Shown here: in pieces, positions 27,677-38,172 of the stretch | Layout: each line of letters starts with the position of its first letter | Position numbering within the stretch: the stretch's first letter is position 1 | IMG/VR virus record: IMGVR_UViG_3300034062_006701 | DNA: 64,000 nt | Source: a virus | Taxonomy: Duplodnaviria > Caudoviricetes | Reading direction: 5' to 3' (one strand) | The notes under the pieces: model-generated | What the model was told of the DNA's origin: nothing | The model's database searches: none | The model's input: the letters and a program-made list of their open reading frames with translations, nothing else | Position numbers and translations under genes: made by a program

Positions 27677-30265
27677 CTACTCCATTCCTAAAAGATCAAA
27701 TAAATCAATCTGTGCATCATTACCAGGTTTTTTAACCGTCCAGTTTACTGATTCATAAAAACGTTCGATTACCGAGTATATAATTTTTTCAAACATTTTT
27801 TCGTAATCAATTTCAAATATAGATTGAAACTCCTTAGGGTAATAATATTTGTAACCGATTGCAGATAAACCAAAGCTGTTCGGTTTTCTTACGTAAAAAT
27901 ACCGTACCTTATCTCCCGATACTATTTTCTCATATTTTCTCTCAATGCCAAGACGATCTATTAGGATGTTATGGTAGTATGCAGCTTTAACATGGCTTGG
28001 CATGCCTTTGACTGTCTCGAATTCATTACTACGGTTTGCATACTTTTCATATCCCTTAACCCCCATAACAAATGCAACATCCTCTATAGGTAATTGTTTA
28101 AATATTTCATATGTCTCGTTAAAGACTTTATTTGTTTGATGATAATCCTTCGTAAGAAGCATGGTTTCAATAATTTTCTTTACATAGGGCTTAATCGGTG
28201 TAGGCATTGTTGTTCGAACAACTTCAACACCGGTGTATTTAAACTTCTTACCAGGTATACCTTCTACATCGAGAGTATGTAAAACGTATCGTTTCTTTTG
28301 AAGAAACAAACCAACATCGGCAATAGCTTCACGCTTAAACACGAGACGACAGTCCTTGGAACCAAGAGCTCTTTTACCCCACAATGTAATTTCTCGGTTG
28401 AGATATTCTTCAATATCTGATACTGCTTTATAGTATTGAGGTGTAATATTACCGGCGTTGTCATGTACAGGTATATTCTGTCTCTCGATTAAGTGCTTGA
28501 TGGAAATATATGAACTGTCTGTGTCATTATATATGATGGGGTTATGTTTTATAAGCTCCTCATCACTAAGACCGGTGTTGGTTTTTATGTACTCGGTAAG
28601 AATACGGTTTGATTCCTTAATAACAGCCTGACCTGTAAGTGTGATTGATTCGGCTAATTCATCGTCACCGAGCGGACTATGCTTGTTCCCGAAGTAACCA
28701 TATACCGTATTGACGAGAATCTTGATTGTGTGCTGATGTATATTGAGCCTATCTATTTCAAGCTGATTATTGGCATATTCCTCTGTACCTTCAGTTAGGG
28801 TAAGTGATTTCTTCTTTGCCTTTGTTAATAATTTTTTAATTTCAACTCGCTTTTGATAATAGTGATCGACTGTATCAGGTATAATGCCTTTTTCTTTTTG
28901 CGTAAATAAGATTTTCGCACGCGATATTGCAATTTCCTCTTGCTGTACGAATTTAGCAAACTTATCATGTGTCAATGTAAACGTTTGTCCATTAACGTGC
29001 TTAATCGTTACATTATCGTTCGTCTTATCGATAATTTTACCTATCTTAGTCTCAGGGGATAGGTTTAAGGTAATCATTGTGTTCGGATATAGACTATTAG
29101 CATCGAATGATACGACATGTTCTTGAAACCCTCTCTGTGGTTCACCTACATATGCACCGGCGTTTAGTTTGTCTTCACGTATATCCTTAATAAAGGTAGG
29201 TATACGCTTGTCTCTAAGACGTGCACGAATTGCGCATAGACCGGTAATAACAGAGAGTGATCCAAGAGCACCTTCAAATGTAGTCAATCCAGCGTATGCG
29301 ATCATACGTAAAAGCTGTATATATTGTAACTTCTGTTCAAGACGAACAAGCAGATTAACGTCTTGAATATTGTAATCGACAAATAGTTCCCAGTTAGTAT
29401 CGGCTAGTTCTGAAAGATTCAGATCACCGTAATCAACCTTGCGTTCACCGAGCTCTACCTCTCCTACCGCATCGAGCTTATACGATTCACGTAGCGTCTG
29501 ACAGAACCGTTTGTATATTTCAAGATAGTCGACAAGTGATACACCTTCTACATGCCATCTTACCTGTTCTTTACCGAATTTACCCATAAACGCTCTTGAG
29601 CGTAGAGAACCAATAGGTGATAACCGTTGAACTGCTTCTTCACCGAGAACCTTTCTAATTCGATTGATAATATAAGGTATATCAAAAAACTCTGAATTCC
29701 ATCCCGACAGAATATCAGGGTAATCTTTTACAAAGAAATCTAAAAACTTCTTTAGGAGATCTTCTTCCGTTTTACATTCAACGTAGATGACATCTGGTGA
29801 TTTAGCTGTATACGGCTTTAGTCCCCATGAATAGAATTTTCTCGTCAAAGAATCATATACTGTTATGATATTAATAACATCACAAGGGTCTTGTGGATTT
29901 GGGAAATCATTAGGTGAGTATGTTTCGATATCAATGTAGTATACTTTGAGTGGTTGTTTTGAAAACTCTGTACCTTCACTCTCTCTCCAATATGCATCAA
30001 TAAGAAACTGCTGGTATATACCTAAATTTTCAAAAACACGCGTTACCTTATTATCTTTAAGATAACGTGAACGTTCATATTGATTTTTAAAACGCTTCTT
30101 CTTTAATTTCGTATTAAATATACTTACGGCATCCGGTGCATTGTTCGTCTCAAGATAAACATACGGCTCGTATGTTGATGGAACGGTAATACGCTTACCG
30201 TTTTCATCCCATGTATAAAGATTTATAGTTTGACTTTGAGGAGAATATGATATGTTCCTATACAC
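27677..30265 (-). CDS. gp43: Family B DNA polymerase
   Basis: Exonuclease 'DIET', 'GWNSEFFDIPY', 'YNIQD'; polymerase 'DANSLYP', 'KILVNTVYG', 'YNDTDS', 'KKRY'. Confidence 0.98.
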   Translation of the reverse strand: MYRNISYSPQSQTINLYTWDENGKRITVPSTYEPYVYLETNNAPDAVSIFNTKLKKKRFKNQYERSRYLKDNKVTRVFENLGIYQQFLIDAYWRESEGTEFSKQPLKVYYIDIETYSPNDFPNPQDPCDVINIITVYDSLTRKFYSWGLKPYTAKSPDVIYVECKTEEDLLKKFLDFFVKDYPDILSGWNSEFFDIPYIINRIRKVLGEEAVQRLSPIGSLRSRAFMGKFGKEQVRWHVEGVSLVDYLEIYKRFCQTLRESYKLDAVGEVELGERKVDYGDLNLSELADTNWELFVDYNIQDVNLLVRLEQKLQYIQLLRMIAYAGLTTFEGALGSLSVITGLCAIRARLRDKRIPTFIKDIREDKLNAGAYVGEPQRGFQEHVVSFDANSLYPNTMITLNLSPETKIGKIIDKTNDNVTIKHVNGQTFTLTHDKFAKFVQQEEIAISRAKILFTQKEKGIIPDTVDHYYQKRVEIKKLLTKAKKKSLTLTEGTEEYANNQLEIDRLNIHQHTIKILVNTVYGYFGNKHSPLGDDELAESITLTGQAVIKESNRILTEYIKTNTGLSDEELIKHNPIIYNDTDSSYISIKHLIERQNIPVHDNAGNITPQYYKAVSDIEEYLNREITLWGKRALGSKDCRLVFKREAIADVGLFLQKKRYVLHTLDVEGIPGKKFKYTGVEVVRTTMPTPIKPYVKKIIETMLLTKDYHQTNKVFNETYEIFKQLPIEDVAFVMGVKGYEKYANRSNEFETVKGMPSHVKAAYYHNILIDRLGIERKYEKIVSGDKVRYFYVRKPNSFGLSAIGYKYYYPKEFQSIFEIDYEKMFEKIIYSVIERFYESVNWTVKKPGNDAQIDLFDLLGME

Positions 30266-30271
30266 ACTAAT

Positions 30272-30300
30272 AGTATATTATACTACATATGCGTGATCAA
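30272..30300 (-). promoter_or_regulatory. Sigma70-type promoter (DNA polymerase)
   Basis: TTGATC-17-TATACT, 6 nt upstream of the GTG. Confidence 0.75.
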
Positions 30301-31514
30301 GCTACAATACCGTTTACGGCGTTGAGCAGTTTCCTGTCACGGTGTCCGAAGGGAAGTGTATGAAGCTCAACATATTTGTTAATATTATCCTCATTCTCGA
30401 GCCAGCGACCATCAGCTAGTTTCCGCATTTTTGATGATATATTCATGTACCGGCCTTTCTTTGAAAGGACATCATCAACGATATCTATCATCTCCTCGCC
30501 AGTATCAAACTTGTACGGAGCATTTTCGTACGTGACAATGTTCTGGCACGCAATAGGAAGACCGTAACTACATGCTTCAACAAACTTAAGATCTGACTTT
30601 GCTTTATTGAACGTATTGTCCTGGAGAGGTGCAACCATCATGTTGACATTTAAGTTCGCAATCTTCTCTGGATACCTGTAGAGTGTCTCCCAGGGGTGAT
30701 ACTCGAATTCTCTACTCTGTATAAGATCTTGCAACGGGAGAGGATATGCACCTAAGAACACCCATTGATACTTGTCTTTTGTTGCACGGATAACACGATT
30801 AACATGAGCGAAGTCATCATTCTGACCTACGCGGTTATCTACATCAAAGTGTGCTCCAGAGCCTGCGTATAGAATGCGTGGTTTTTTCTGATAACGGTCG
30901 TAGTTATCAGAAATCTTCTTTTCATTATAAAAATTACCCATCCAAAACTTTGGCGGGTAATTCGGTATTACAGTGACGTTTTTATTGGACGTCTTGCTCA
31001 TGTAATACTCCTTCATGAAATCACATGTTACTGTAACTTCATCACATAGCTCCATAATTTCCTGTGCTGTTTTTCGTATTTGTGGGTCAGTAAACGCGGG
31101 TTTAAATTTATTGTATTCCGGGATATCCTCACTGAATACAAGATCGTCAATCTCGTAAATAATTCTAAAACCTAGATCTTTACTAAGCTTCTTTAAAAAT
31201 TTAATAAATTCTAATTGATGTACTGTAGCTTGTCTTTGTATGCGAACACATTCAGCACCTCTAAAGTAATTGGGATCAAAACACATCATCGTACTACCGT
31301 GAACGACCATTTTCTGATGTGCATTTAGAATATGCTCAGGCCAGATCATTCGCCAAAAACCACACCCACTATAGTCAGCATAATAATTCATTACACGTTT
31401 AAGTGTTAGTTCTGGTGGTTGTGGTATAATAGGCGCTACAGGCTGTATCGGTTGCAGTCCAAAAGGTGAAACAAACGGCGACGCAAACGGTGATACAAAG
31501 GGACTTGAATTCAT
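30297..31514 (-). CDS. GT-B (family 4-like) glycosyltransferase
   Basis: 'IYEIDD', 'CDEVTVT', 'VIPN', 'APLQDNTFN..KS.LKFVEA...GLPI'. Confidence 0.8.
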   Translation of the reverse strand: MNSSPFVSPFASPFVSPFGLQPIQPVAPIIPQPPELTLKRVMNYYADYSGCGFWRMIWPEHILNAHQKMVVHGSTMMCFDPNYFRGAECVRIQRQATVHQLEFIKFLKKLSKDLGFRIIYEIDDLVFSEDIPEYNKFKPAFTDPQIRKTAQEIMELCDEVTVTCDFMKEYYMSKTSNKNVTVIPNYPPKFWMGNFYNEKKISDNYDRYQKKPRILYAGSGAHFDVDNRVGQNDDFAHVNRVIRATKDKYQWVFLGAYPLPLQDLIQSREFEYHPWETLYRYPEKIANLNVNMMVAPLQDNTFNKAKSDLKFVEACSYGLPIACQNIVTYENAPYKFDTGEEMIDIVDDVLSKKGRYMNISSKMRKLADGRWLENEDNINKYVELHTLPFGHRDRKLLNAVNGIVA

Positions 31515-31524
31515 GTATGTTTAA

Positions 31525-33336
31525 TTATAGTAGCGAATCTACGTAATCCAGGCGTCTTGTTATACCATTACTCTTTTCTAAGAAAATAACATCACCTGTT
31601 GCCGCCTTAATGCTTTCTTTTCTATGGCTAATAACCATTATACTTTCATTGTACTTATCAACACGCTCCTTAAGAACACTAATGACTAATTCAATTCCCC
31701 GGGCATCGAGGCTTGAATCAAATAGCTCATCGTAGATACTAAAATTAAAGCATACATCTCCCTGTAATCTCCTCATATCCATAAAAGTGAATAAACACGC
31801 GAGATCAATATTCTTTCGCTCAGCACCGCTAAAGTTAAAATACGAACACTCTTTACCTTTATTGTCGACAATCTCTTCTTCAAAGTATTCATTAAACTTG
31901 CACGTACAATTTGCATCCATTTTCTGAAGATAATAAGCTAACTTACTATTGAATAACTGTAATATTTTCTGCACTATATACGACTTGACGCCTTCTTCTG
32001 ATACTACAAATTTTACGACATCGAGAACATTGGTCATCGTTTTAATGTTTTCTAACTCTACATTAATTTTATTAAATTCTGCTTCCTTGTCAAGTATTAG
32101 CTGATCATATTGTGTTGATGCCTGATCAAGATCTATAAGATCCTGGTCAAGCATTATCTGCCATTCATTTAGCTGTATGAGACGTGATTCATGGTTCTTG
32201 AAGTCACGCATTTCAAGGTTATGTGCATGTATACTTTCTTCAAGCTTGTTAATTTTTAAATTAATCTTATTTTTCTTTTCAATAAGCGTCTTTTCCTCAA
32301 CCTCATGCTCTTTAATTTTTGATTCATGGTCGCATATATGCTCGTATATCTTTTTCTTCTCACTTTCTATGTGATCTTTATCACCATCTTTTATCGTGCG
32401 TAGACATGTAGGGCAAGTTTCCTTATTTGTACCAACGACAGAAATTTGTTTCTGAGCTTGATTTATAAGTGTAGTACTTTCACTCTTACGATGTCTTACA
32501 CCCTGTATTAATGAGTCAATTTTTGATATACCATCTCTTAGAGTATTAATGTTACTTCTAATATCAGCAATATCTTTTTCATTAAAATCATTTAGTTTGT
32601 TTTTTATATCGACAATTTCAAGCGCGTTATTCTTTTTTCGCTGTATATATTTCTCTCGTTTATTTTCACGTTCTTTTATCGCACTGTCGCGTTGATTTCG
32701 ATAACTTTCTAACGTCTTTTGAATTTCATCATACCGTGTACCGTAAATATCGAGTGATCTTTTATTTTCATTTAAATCATTTTTTAGTAAATTAGACATG
32801 CTACTAAAAACACTCAAATTAAAAATATCTTCAATAAACCTTCTCTTTTCTTGCTTCTTTTTAGCCATAAACGGTATTGTATTGTTTATGGTCATAATTA
32901 CACAGTTCTGAAATACTTCAGGTGTACAATTAAACTTTTTCATTATAAAAGACGTTGTATTAGAAATGCTATCACGCGTCTTATCTTCACCGTTAATGTA
33001 AATAAAACATTTAGATGGCTCTAACATACGTATAATCTTAATATCTTCGGTTACATCTAAATTTTTAACTGTCGCTTCTAATATAACCTCGCAGTTTTTT
33101 TTGTTAATATTATTGACAATATAATCCTTTTTTAGATCTCTTAGTGTTTCACCAAAGATTGCAAAATATACACCGTCAGCGATAGTTGATTTACCTACAC
33201 CGTTTTGCCGGTCTTCCTTATCTTTGTTAATTCCGGTTATAATGTGGAGACCACGTTTAAAATCAATTGATACCGGTGTATTGCCGACTGATAAAAAATT
33301 CTTTAATGTTATGTTTTTAAAATTTATGCTTTTCAT
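31525..33336 (-). CDS. gp46: Rad50/SbcC-like recombination ATPase
   Basis: 'NFLSVG', 'NGVGKS', coiled coil with 'CPTC' hook, 'FSGAE', 'DELFDSSLD', 'ISH'. Confidence 0.95.
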   Translation of the reverse strand: MKSINFKNITLKNFLSVGNTPVSIDFKRGLHIITGINKDKEDRQNGVGKSTIADGVYFAIFGETLRDLKKDYIVNNINKKNCEVILEATVKNLDVTEDIKIIRMLEPSKCFIYINGEDKTRDSISNTTSFIMKKFNCTPEVFQNCVIMTINNTIPFMAKKKQEKRRFIEDIFNLSVFSSMSNLLKNDLNENKRSLDIYGTRYDEIQKTLESYRNQRDSAIKERENKREKYIQRKKNNALEIVDIKNKLNDFNEKDIADIRSNINTLRDGISKIDSLIQGVRHRKSESTTLINQAQKQISVVGTNKETCPTCLRTIKDGDKDHIESEKKKIYEHICDHESKIKEHEVEEKTLIEKKNKINLKINKLEESIHAHNLEMRDFKNHESRLIQLNEWQIMLDQDLIDLDQASTQYDQLILDKEAEFNKINVELENIKTMTNVLDVVKFVVSEEGVKSYIVQKILQLFNSKLAYYLQKMDANCTCKFNEYFEEEIVDNKGKECSYFNFSGAERKNIDLACLFTFMDMRRLQGDVCFNFSIYDELFDSSLDARGIELVISVLKERVDKYNESIMVISHRKESIKAATGDVIFLEKSNGITRRLDYVDSLL

Positions 33337-34412
33337 ATCTCACTTGCTCGTTTATATAAATCTGAACAGTACTGTATTATACTGTCTTTATTTTCAATAT
33401 CTAATACTCTTACAAATTCCTCTATTGTCGCTTCCATATCAACACCTGTTGTATCATAATTTTTGTCGTCAATATTATAGTTATTTTCTGTATATGTATA
33501 GTCTGTAGTAAACGATAAAGGTCTGTATCCTGAAAACTTCTGTATTAAAGTATCAATGACTTCGCTATTCGCTTTTTTATCTACAACAAATTTTACAAAG
33601 TTACCGTTAATTATTTGATTAATGTCAGAGCTCGTTATATTTTTTGTATTTGTTAGTTCTGTGAGAGATATTTTTTTATGCTTTGGTGATAGATTGTTTT
33701 CGACAAAATCATACTTCATTTTTTCAATATCTAAAATATAGATACCCTTTGTACTGCCAGTATCACCGAAATCCATTTCAAAAGGATTGCCTACATATAT
33801 AATTGTACCGTTATCATATTTGCGTTCATCTCTAAGATGAAAGTGACCGGACATAATTAAATTTGATTTTTTAAGTAAATCCTGAGTTTTCATGCCATGA
33901 TCACATGTCTTGAAACTGTTCATCTTAAAGCTTTCGATCTCTAGGTGACCGAAAATAATATCCGCATCTTCAAGGTTAGAGATATCAGCGCTCCACGGAA
34001 GAAAGATACAAGTTCTGCCAAATAACCTGGTAACTGTTGTTTCACTTAATATTTTTATATTGTTCCTGCCACCTAAAATAGAAAGTGAATTAATATCAGA
34101 ACGCTGCTTGTAATATGAATCGTGATTACCGACGATCATTATTATATTGAAATCTTTTAATTTTTCTAAAATCACACTCGCAACATGAAGAGTGGATACG
34201 GAGACATCACTACGATGGTGATAAAAATCTCCGAGAAATATAATGTCTTGAATTTTTCGTTGCTGCAATTCTACAATAAACCAATCACACCAATCAATAG
34301 CTACTTGATGCCATGTTGTAGAGTCAAGATGTACACCTAAGTGTAGATCAGAAAAAATAGCGACTTTAGATTCATTTAAAAAAATGTCTGTAGCGGAATT
34401 ATTCTTCATCAT
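33333..34412 (-). CDS. gp47: Mre11/SbcD-like nuclease
   Basis: 'SDLHLG', 'LGDFYH', 'GNHD', 'GHLE', 'SGHFH'. Confidence 0.95.
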   Translation of the reverse strand: MMKNNSATDIFLNESKVAIFSDLHLGVHLDSTTWHQVAIDWCDWFIVELQQRKIQDIIFLGDFYHHRSDVSVSTLHVASVILEKLKDFNIIMIVGNHDSYYKQRSDINSLSILGGRNNIKILSETTVTRLFGRTCIFLPWSADISNLEDADIIFGHLEIESFKMNSFKTCDHGMKTQDLLKKSNLIMSGHFHLRDERKYDNGTIIYVGNPFEMDFGDTGSTKGIYILDIEKMKYDFVENNLSPKHKKISLTELTNTKNITSSDINQIINGNFVKFVVDKKANSEVIDTLIQKFSGYRPLSFTTDYTYTENNYNIDDKNYDTTGVDMEATIEEFVRVLDIENKDSIIQYCSDLYKRASEI

Positions 34413-35010
34413 CGCCTGTAGGTTCTATGTATATATGCGCACCACCGTTTTCATCAGGGTTGAGCATTAAATCATTGTATACCTTTTCTCTGTATTCATT
34501 CACCGCTTCATGGTGTTTCTTTTCCTTTTTAATTCTATTGATAAAAGCATGAAAAGCTATTGTAGTAAAGTATGAGAACGGGCTAAATCCGCAATCAATT
34601 TTAAATTTTTTGTTCTTTAAAGCGGAAAACATTTTTACAATAGCGTCACCCACCATCTCTTCTTTATAACTATAATTCATAAAATTCGGAGCGTATGATA
34701 AACCGTTGGCAATTTTATTAAGGCTTTCACACAATTTATCAGTCATGGTGTCGGTTTTATAATAACTCCTAATTTCGTCTTCAAATTCTCTACTATTTAC
34801 ATAGTGTACCTTATCCTTAGGCTTTATCTTCTTTTTTACCTCAACATCTTCACTACTAGTATCGGGTGCTACAGCTGGAATAAGCGTTTCGATATCCGGT
34901 ATTGGTGCGTCAATCTCTAGATCGAGGTCTAGAATTACAGGGTGTACTTCAGTTTTAGTATTATTTTTCTTTAATTTCTTTGTACGCAAAGGTAATGTGT
35001 TCTTTTTCAT
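34399..35010 (-). CDS. gp55: Late transcription sigma factor
   Basis: 'HYVN..EF...KIANGLSY.PNF.NYSYKEEMV.DAI...PFSYFTTIAF.AFI.RIKKEKK'. Confidence 0.9.
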   Translation of the reverse strand: MKKNTLPLRTKKLKKNNTKTEVHPVILDLDLEIDAPIPDIETLIPAVAPDTSSEDVEVKKKIKPKDKVHYVNSREFEDEIRSYYKTDTMTDKLCESLNKIANGLSYAPNFMNYSYKEEMVGDAIVKMFSALKNKKFKIDCGFSPFSYFTTIAFHAFINRIKKEKKHHEAVNEYREKVYNDLMLNPDENGGAHIYIEPTGDDEE

Positions 35011-36424
35011 AAAGTGCTCGTCGCTTTTGTGAATGTGCGGCGCTATAGCGAAGGTTATCAGCTATATCAAATATTATAAGCTTGTTTTTGTCCTTATGCA
35101 ACCTAAGACCTCTACCAATTGACTGCACGATTTTAATTTTTGCCTTACCTCCGCATGCAAAAATTATATAATGTAGATTTTTTATATTAACACCGGTGGA
35201 GAATATTTTAGATATTGCAACAACGACTACATCGCTATTACTCTCCATGAGCTGTCTAACTCTTTCACGCTCTGTTACATCAACTTCACCTCTTATAAAG
35301 AAACATTGCTTATCAGGTAATGTTTTCTGTATTAACTCGAATAATATTTCTCCATGCTGGATATAATCAACCATTATAAGGGTGTTTTGTTGTAACTTTG
35401 CTGATAGTTTCGCAATAATATCGTTTCGAAATTTACTCGTTACTAGATATTCGACCTCTTGTCTGTAGGCATTTACACCTTCCTCTTTGTGTGGGTAGCT
35501 CTTATGTATAAGATTTAAAATCTGTATTTGAACATTACTGACATAATTATCTTGTCGGAGATTAAAGCTATTTTTTTCATATATTATCGGACCGATCTTG
35601 CCTAGAATATTCCATTGATCTAATTTTTCTTCTGGCATAGTACCGGTAAATCCAAATCGAAATGGTGTTTTTATTTTTTTAAGAATATCGTTAATTTTAT
35701 TTCCTTTTCTTATTTTATGTACTTCATCAACAATAAGAACATCAACATCACAAAGCCAGTCTAGTGTACTTTTTTTGCTCTGTAAAATACCTAGATTCGA
35801 TATAATAACTTCCGTATTAAAATTCAATTCATCATCACCCGTCCACTTCGATACGCTAAAAGGTACACCATAATCTATAAAATCTTGATAAGTTTGAGAC
35901 ACAAGTCCGCGATCTGGTACAATAAACAGACATTTAAATTTACCCTTATTAAGATCGGATGTGTAAAGACTGTAAATTTTTGATAAGAGTGATGCGGATG
36001 TAAGTGTTTTACCTCCAGCGGTAGCAAGTATAATAGTCCCTCTACCCCTTTTCATGCATTCTTTTACAATGTCTTCCTGATAATCGCGTAAGATTAAATT
36101 TAGGGGATGTATAGTATCGGTATAGTCTAACTGTTGATGCCATGTATGTCTCGCAGGTACTATCTCTTCAAAAAACTCACGACTACATATTATTTCCCCT
36201 ACATACTGCTGACTTATAATATATTTTTTTATTTCAAAAAATAAACAAGGGTCAAATCTACCTGTAGGTGTAATGGCATATGTACGAGCTGGCATAAACC
36301 TGCCATACCTACGCATAAAGTGTGCTGCTTCATTTTTAACAGAAAAATACTCTCTTATTTCATCAAAGAGGTCACCGGATATAATCCCGAGTTTTTTTTT
36401 GGAATCGTACTCGAAATTTATCAT
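34961..36424 (-). CDS. uvsW: SF2 DNA helicase
   Basis: 'LRDYQ', 'ATAGGKT', 'DEVH', 'GFTGT', 'STGVNIKNL', 'QSIGRGLR'; start moved to MINFEY (ATGA overlap with uvsY). Confidence 0.93.
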   Translation of the reverse strand: MINFEYDSKKKLGIISGDLFDEIREYFSVKNEAAHFMRRYGRFMPARTYAITPTGRFDPCLFFEIKKYIISQQYVGEIICSREFFEEIVPARHTWHQQLDYTDTIHPLNLILRDYQEDIVKECMKRGRGTIILATAGGKTLTSASLLSKIYSLYTSDLNKGKFKCLFIVPDRGLVSQTYQDFIDYGVPFSVSKWTGDDELNFNTEVIISNLGILQSKKSTLDWLCDVDVLIVDEVHKIRKGNKINDILKKIKTPFRFGFTGTMPEEKLDQWNILGKIGPIIYEKNSFNLRQDNYVSNVQIQILNLIHKSYPHKEEGVNAYRQEVEYLVTSKFRNDIIAKLSAKLQQNTLIMVDYIQHGEILFELIQKTLPDKQCFFIRGEVDVTERERVRQLMESNSDVVVVAISKIFSTGVNIKNLHYIIFACGGKAKIKIVQSIGRGLRLHKDKNKLIIFDIADNLRYSAAHSQKRRALYEKEHITFAYKEIKEK

Positions 36425-36810
36425 GTTATTTCTAATTTCATAATTTCGATAATATTTTTTATATCGAATGAGCAACTGCTTAATGTTTTTTCAGATTTTT
36501 CAAGCAGTTCAACAAGTATCTCCGCATCTTGTATTTGACGTGTAATGTCTTGTACTTTGCTGTGTTTTTCAGCTGTAGCAGCTATCACGGGGTGTGTAAG
36601 CTTTACTGCGCTAGTATGATCAATCTCTGACATCACGTCATTTTTTACTTTCTCTCTTTGCTTTTTTAAAAGCAATATATTTGCTTTAAGTCGAATACAC
36701 CTACCGGTCCACTTATGTTTAAGTGCAGGTAGACGTAATTGATAGTCTTTAAGATTTAATTCATCAATTTTAAGATCTTCACTCAATTCTTTGATATATT
36801 CTTCAAGCAT
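36421..36810 (-). CDS. uvsY: Recombination mediator, UvsY-like
   Basis: 'DLKIDELNL...LPALKHKW...FDIKNIIE..K'; adjacent to uvsW; start moved to MLEEY. Confidence 0.65.
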   Translation of the reverse strand: MLEEYIKELSEDLKIDELNLKDYQLRLPALKHKWTGRCIRLKANILLLKKQREKVKNDVMSEIDHTSAVKLTHPVIAATAEKHSKVQDITRQIQDAEILVELLEKSEKTLSSCSFDIKNIIEIMKLEIT

Positions 36811-36845
36811 TAATCTTAAATATAATATAAGGTACATAAAAATCA

Positions 36846-37130
36846 ATGAGCTGCTTTAACAATCTTGTAAATAAAATTTTAATGGAAATGGCTGCTAACG
36901 TCGCTGGAGGTGCTGCTAGTGTAACAGGCCCTTCAACATCTGGAGATTATGGTAATCAATTTCCCTCTCAAAATAGTAAGGCGTACGCAGATGGTGATGC
37001 TCGTATAGCTGTACCTCTTGGGATGAAGAATCCTTACCGTAAACAAATACAAGGAAAGAAAAAATCTAGTAAAAAGGCAGTAAAAGTACCGATACAAAGA
37101 CGGTCTAGTGTTTATTTACCGGGAATGTAA
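36846..37130 (+). CDS. Hypothetical protein (putative processed head protein)
   Basis: N-terminus '...KILME-MAAN', low-complexity body, basic tail. Confidence 0.55.
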   Translation: MSCFNNLVNKILMEMAANVAGGAASVTGPSTSGDYGNQFPSQNSKAYADGDARIAVPLGMKNPYRKQIQGKKKSSKKAVKVPIQRRSSVYLPGM

Positions 37131-37142
37131 TATATACTACAC

Positions 37143-37568
37143 ATGGATTACGGGCATTGGATTTTAAATGAAGGTGTTATTATCGATAATACAACATTTG
37201 GCTTCATCTACCTAATTGTCAATAACATTACGGGTAAGAAATATATTGGTAAGAAACAATGTACAAGTCGAGTTAAGCGTAAGCCATTAAAAGGTAAAAA
37301 AAAGAGTAGAATAGATCATAAGGAATCTGATTGGAAAACATACACCAGTTCATCCAATGATTTAAACATTGATATTGCAAAGCACGGAAAAGAGAGCTTT
37401 ACATTTAGAATATTGCGTACATGTGATTCAAAGTGGGCTCTAGCATATTATGAAATAAAAGAGCAGTTAGGTGAGGACGTTCTTTTGCGCGAAGACTATT
37501 ATAATGGTATCTGCAACGTTAGGATCGGTAAAGCTCCTAAACAGGAGCTTGCAAAATTTAAATTATAG
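37143..37568 (+). CDS. GIY-YIG nuclease, endonuclease II-like
   Basis: 'GFIYLIVN..TGKKYIGKK...WKTYTSS...F.F.IL...E...YYN'; single short domain. Confidence 0.8.
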   Translation: MDYGHWILNEGVIIDNTTFGFIYLIVNNITGKKYIGKKQCTSRVKRKPLKGKKKSRIDHKESDWKTYTSSSNDLNIDIAKHGKESFTFRILRTCDSKWALAYYEIKEQLGEDVLLREDYYNGICNVRIGKAPKQELAKFKL

Positions 37569-37583
37569 TGTTATAATGTATTA

Positions 37584-38156
37584 GTGATTGATAGCTGCAC
37601 ATTTGCTCAGTTTAATTTAAAACTCATTGAATTTGATTCTGTCTTCAGATCGATCGAAGTGAATTTTATTAACGATCTATCGAAATATAATTTAATACCT
37701 GCAAAGAAAATTAATCGTGATATTAAAAAACTTCTTTATCATCATATTTTTTACGGTGTTAGTGAGTATATCCTTCAACATCCAACAAAAGAACGTATTA
37801 TCATTTTAAAGAAAAATGATGTACCGGAAGATCTTCTTTCTTTTCAATACTTCAGCAAGATAGATATACAAAAATACATTAATCAAGTCGTGTATAAAGT
37901 AGCTAAATTATTGCCTATCAACATTTACAGTTATGATAACTTTAATTTTAAGCATATAGAGGAGGAATATAAAGAGAGAAGAGGTGATGTGATTGAATTA
38001 ATAGAAAAAATAAGAATGTTTAGTTGGGGACATAATACAGTTCGTTCTGTATATACGTTCGCTAGAGTTAAAGATTTTGCAAAACGTAACGGGTTAACTT
38101 TTTTAAGTGAGAGATACTTTAATCAATTAAAAACAAAGCAACTTCTTATATCCTGA
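37584..38156 (+). CDS. Hypothetical early protein
   Basis: Sigma70-like promoter (TTGCAA-17-TATAAT) 6 nt upstream of the GTG. Confidence 0.65.
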   Translation: MIDSCTFAQFNLKLIEFDSVFRSIEVNFINDLSKYNLIPAKKINRDIKKLLYHHIFYGVSEYILQHPTKERIIILKKNDVPEDLLSFQYFSKIDIQKYINQVVYKVAKLLPINIYSYDNFNFKHIEEEYKERRGDVIELIEKIRMFSWGHNTVRSVYTFARVKDFAKRNGLTFLSERYFNQLKTKQLLIS

Positions 38157-38172
38157 AAGATAAATACTTCAT

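Noticed and set aside
28522-28539. Polymerase motif C variant YNDTDS as an adaptation to modified bases
   Set aside because: Both catalytic aspartates are intact; one substitution cannot support the claim without comparative data
10329-30265. Introns or inteins in terminase, primase, helicase, UvsX or polymerase
   Set aside because: All are continuous ORFs of ordinary length with no intein-like insertions
37143-37568. GIY-YIG gene as a mobile homing endonuclease
   Set aside because: Single short catalytic domain with no DNA-binding extension and no interrupted host gene; fits an endonuclease II-like nuclease better
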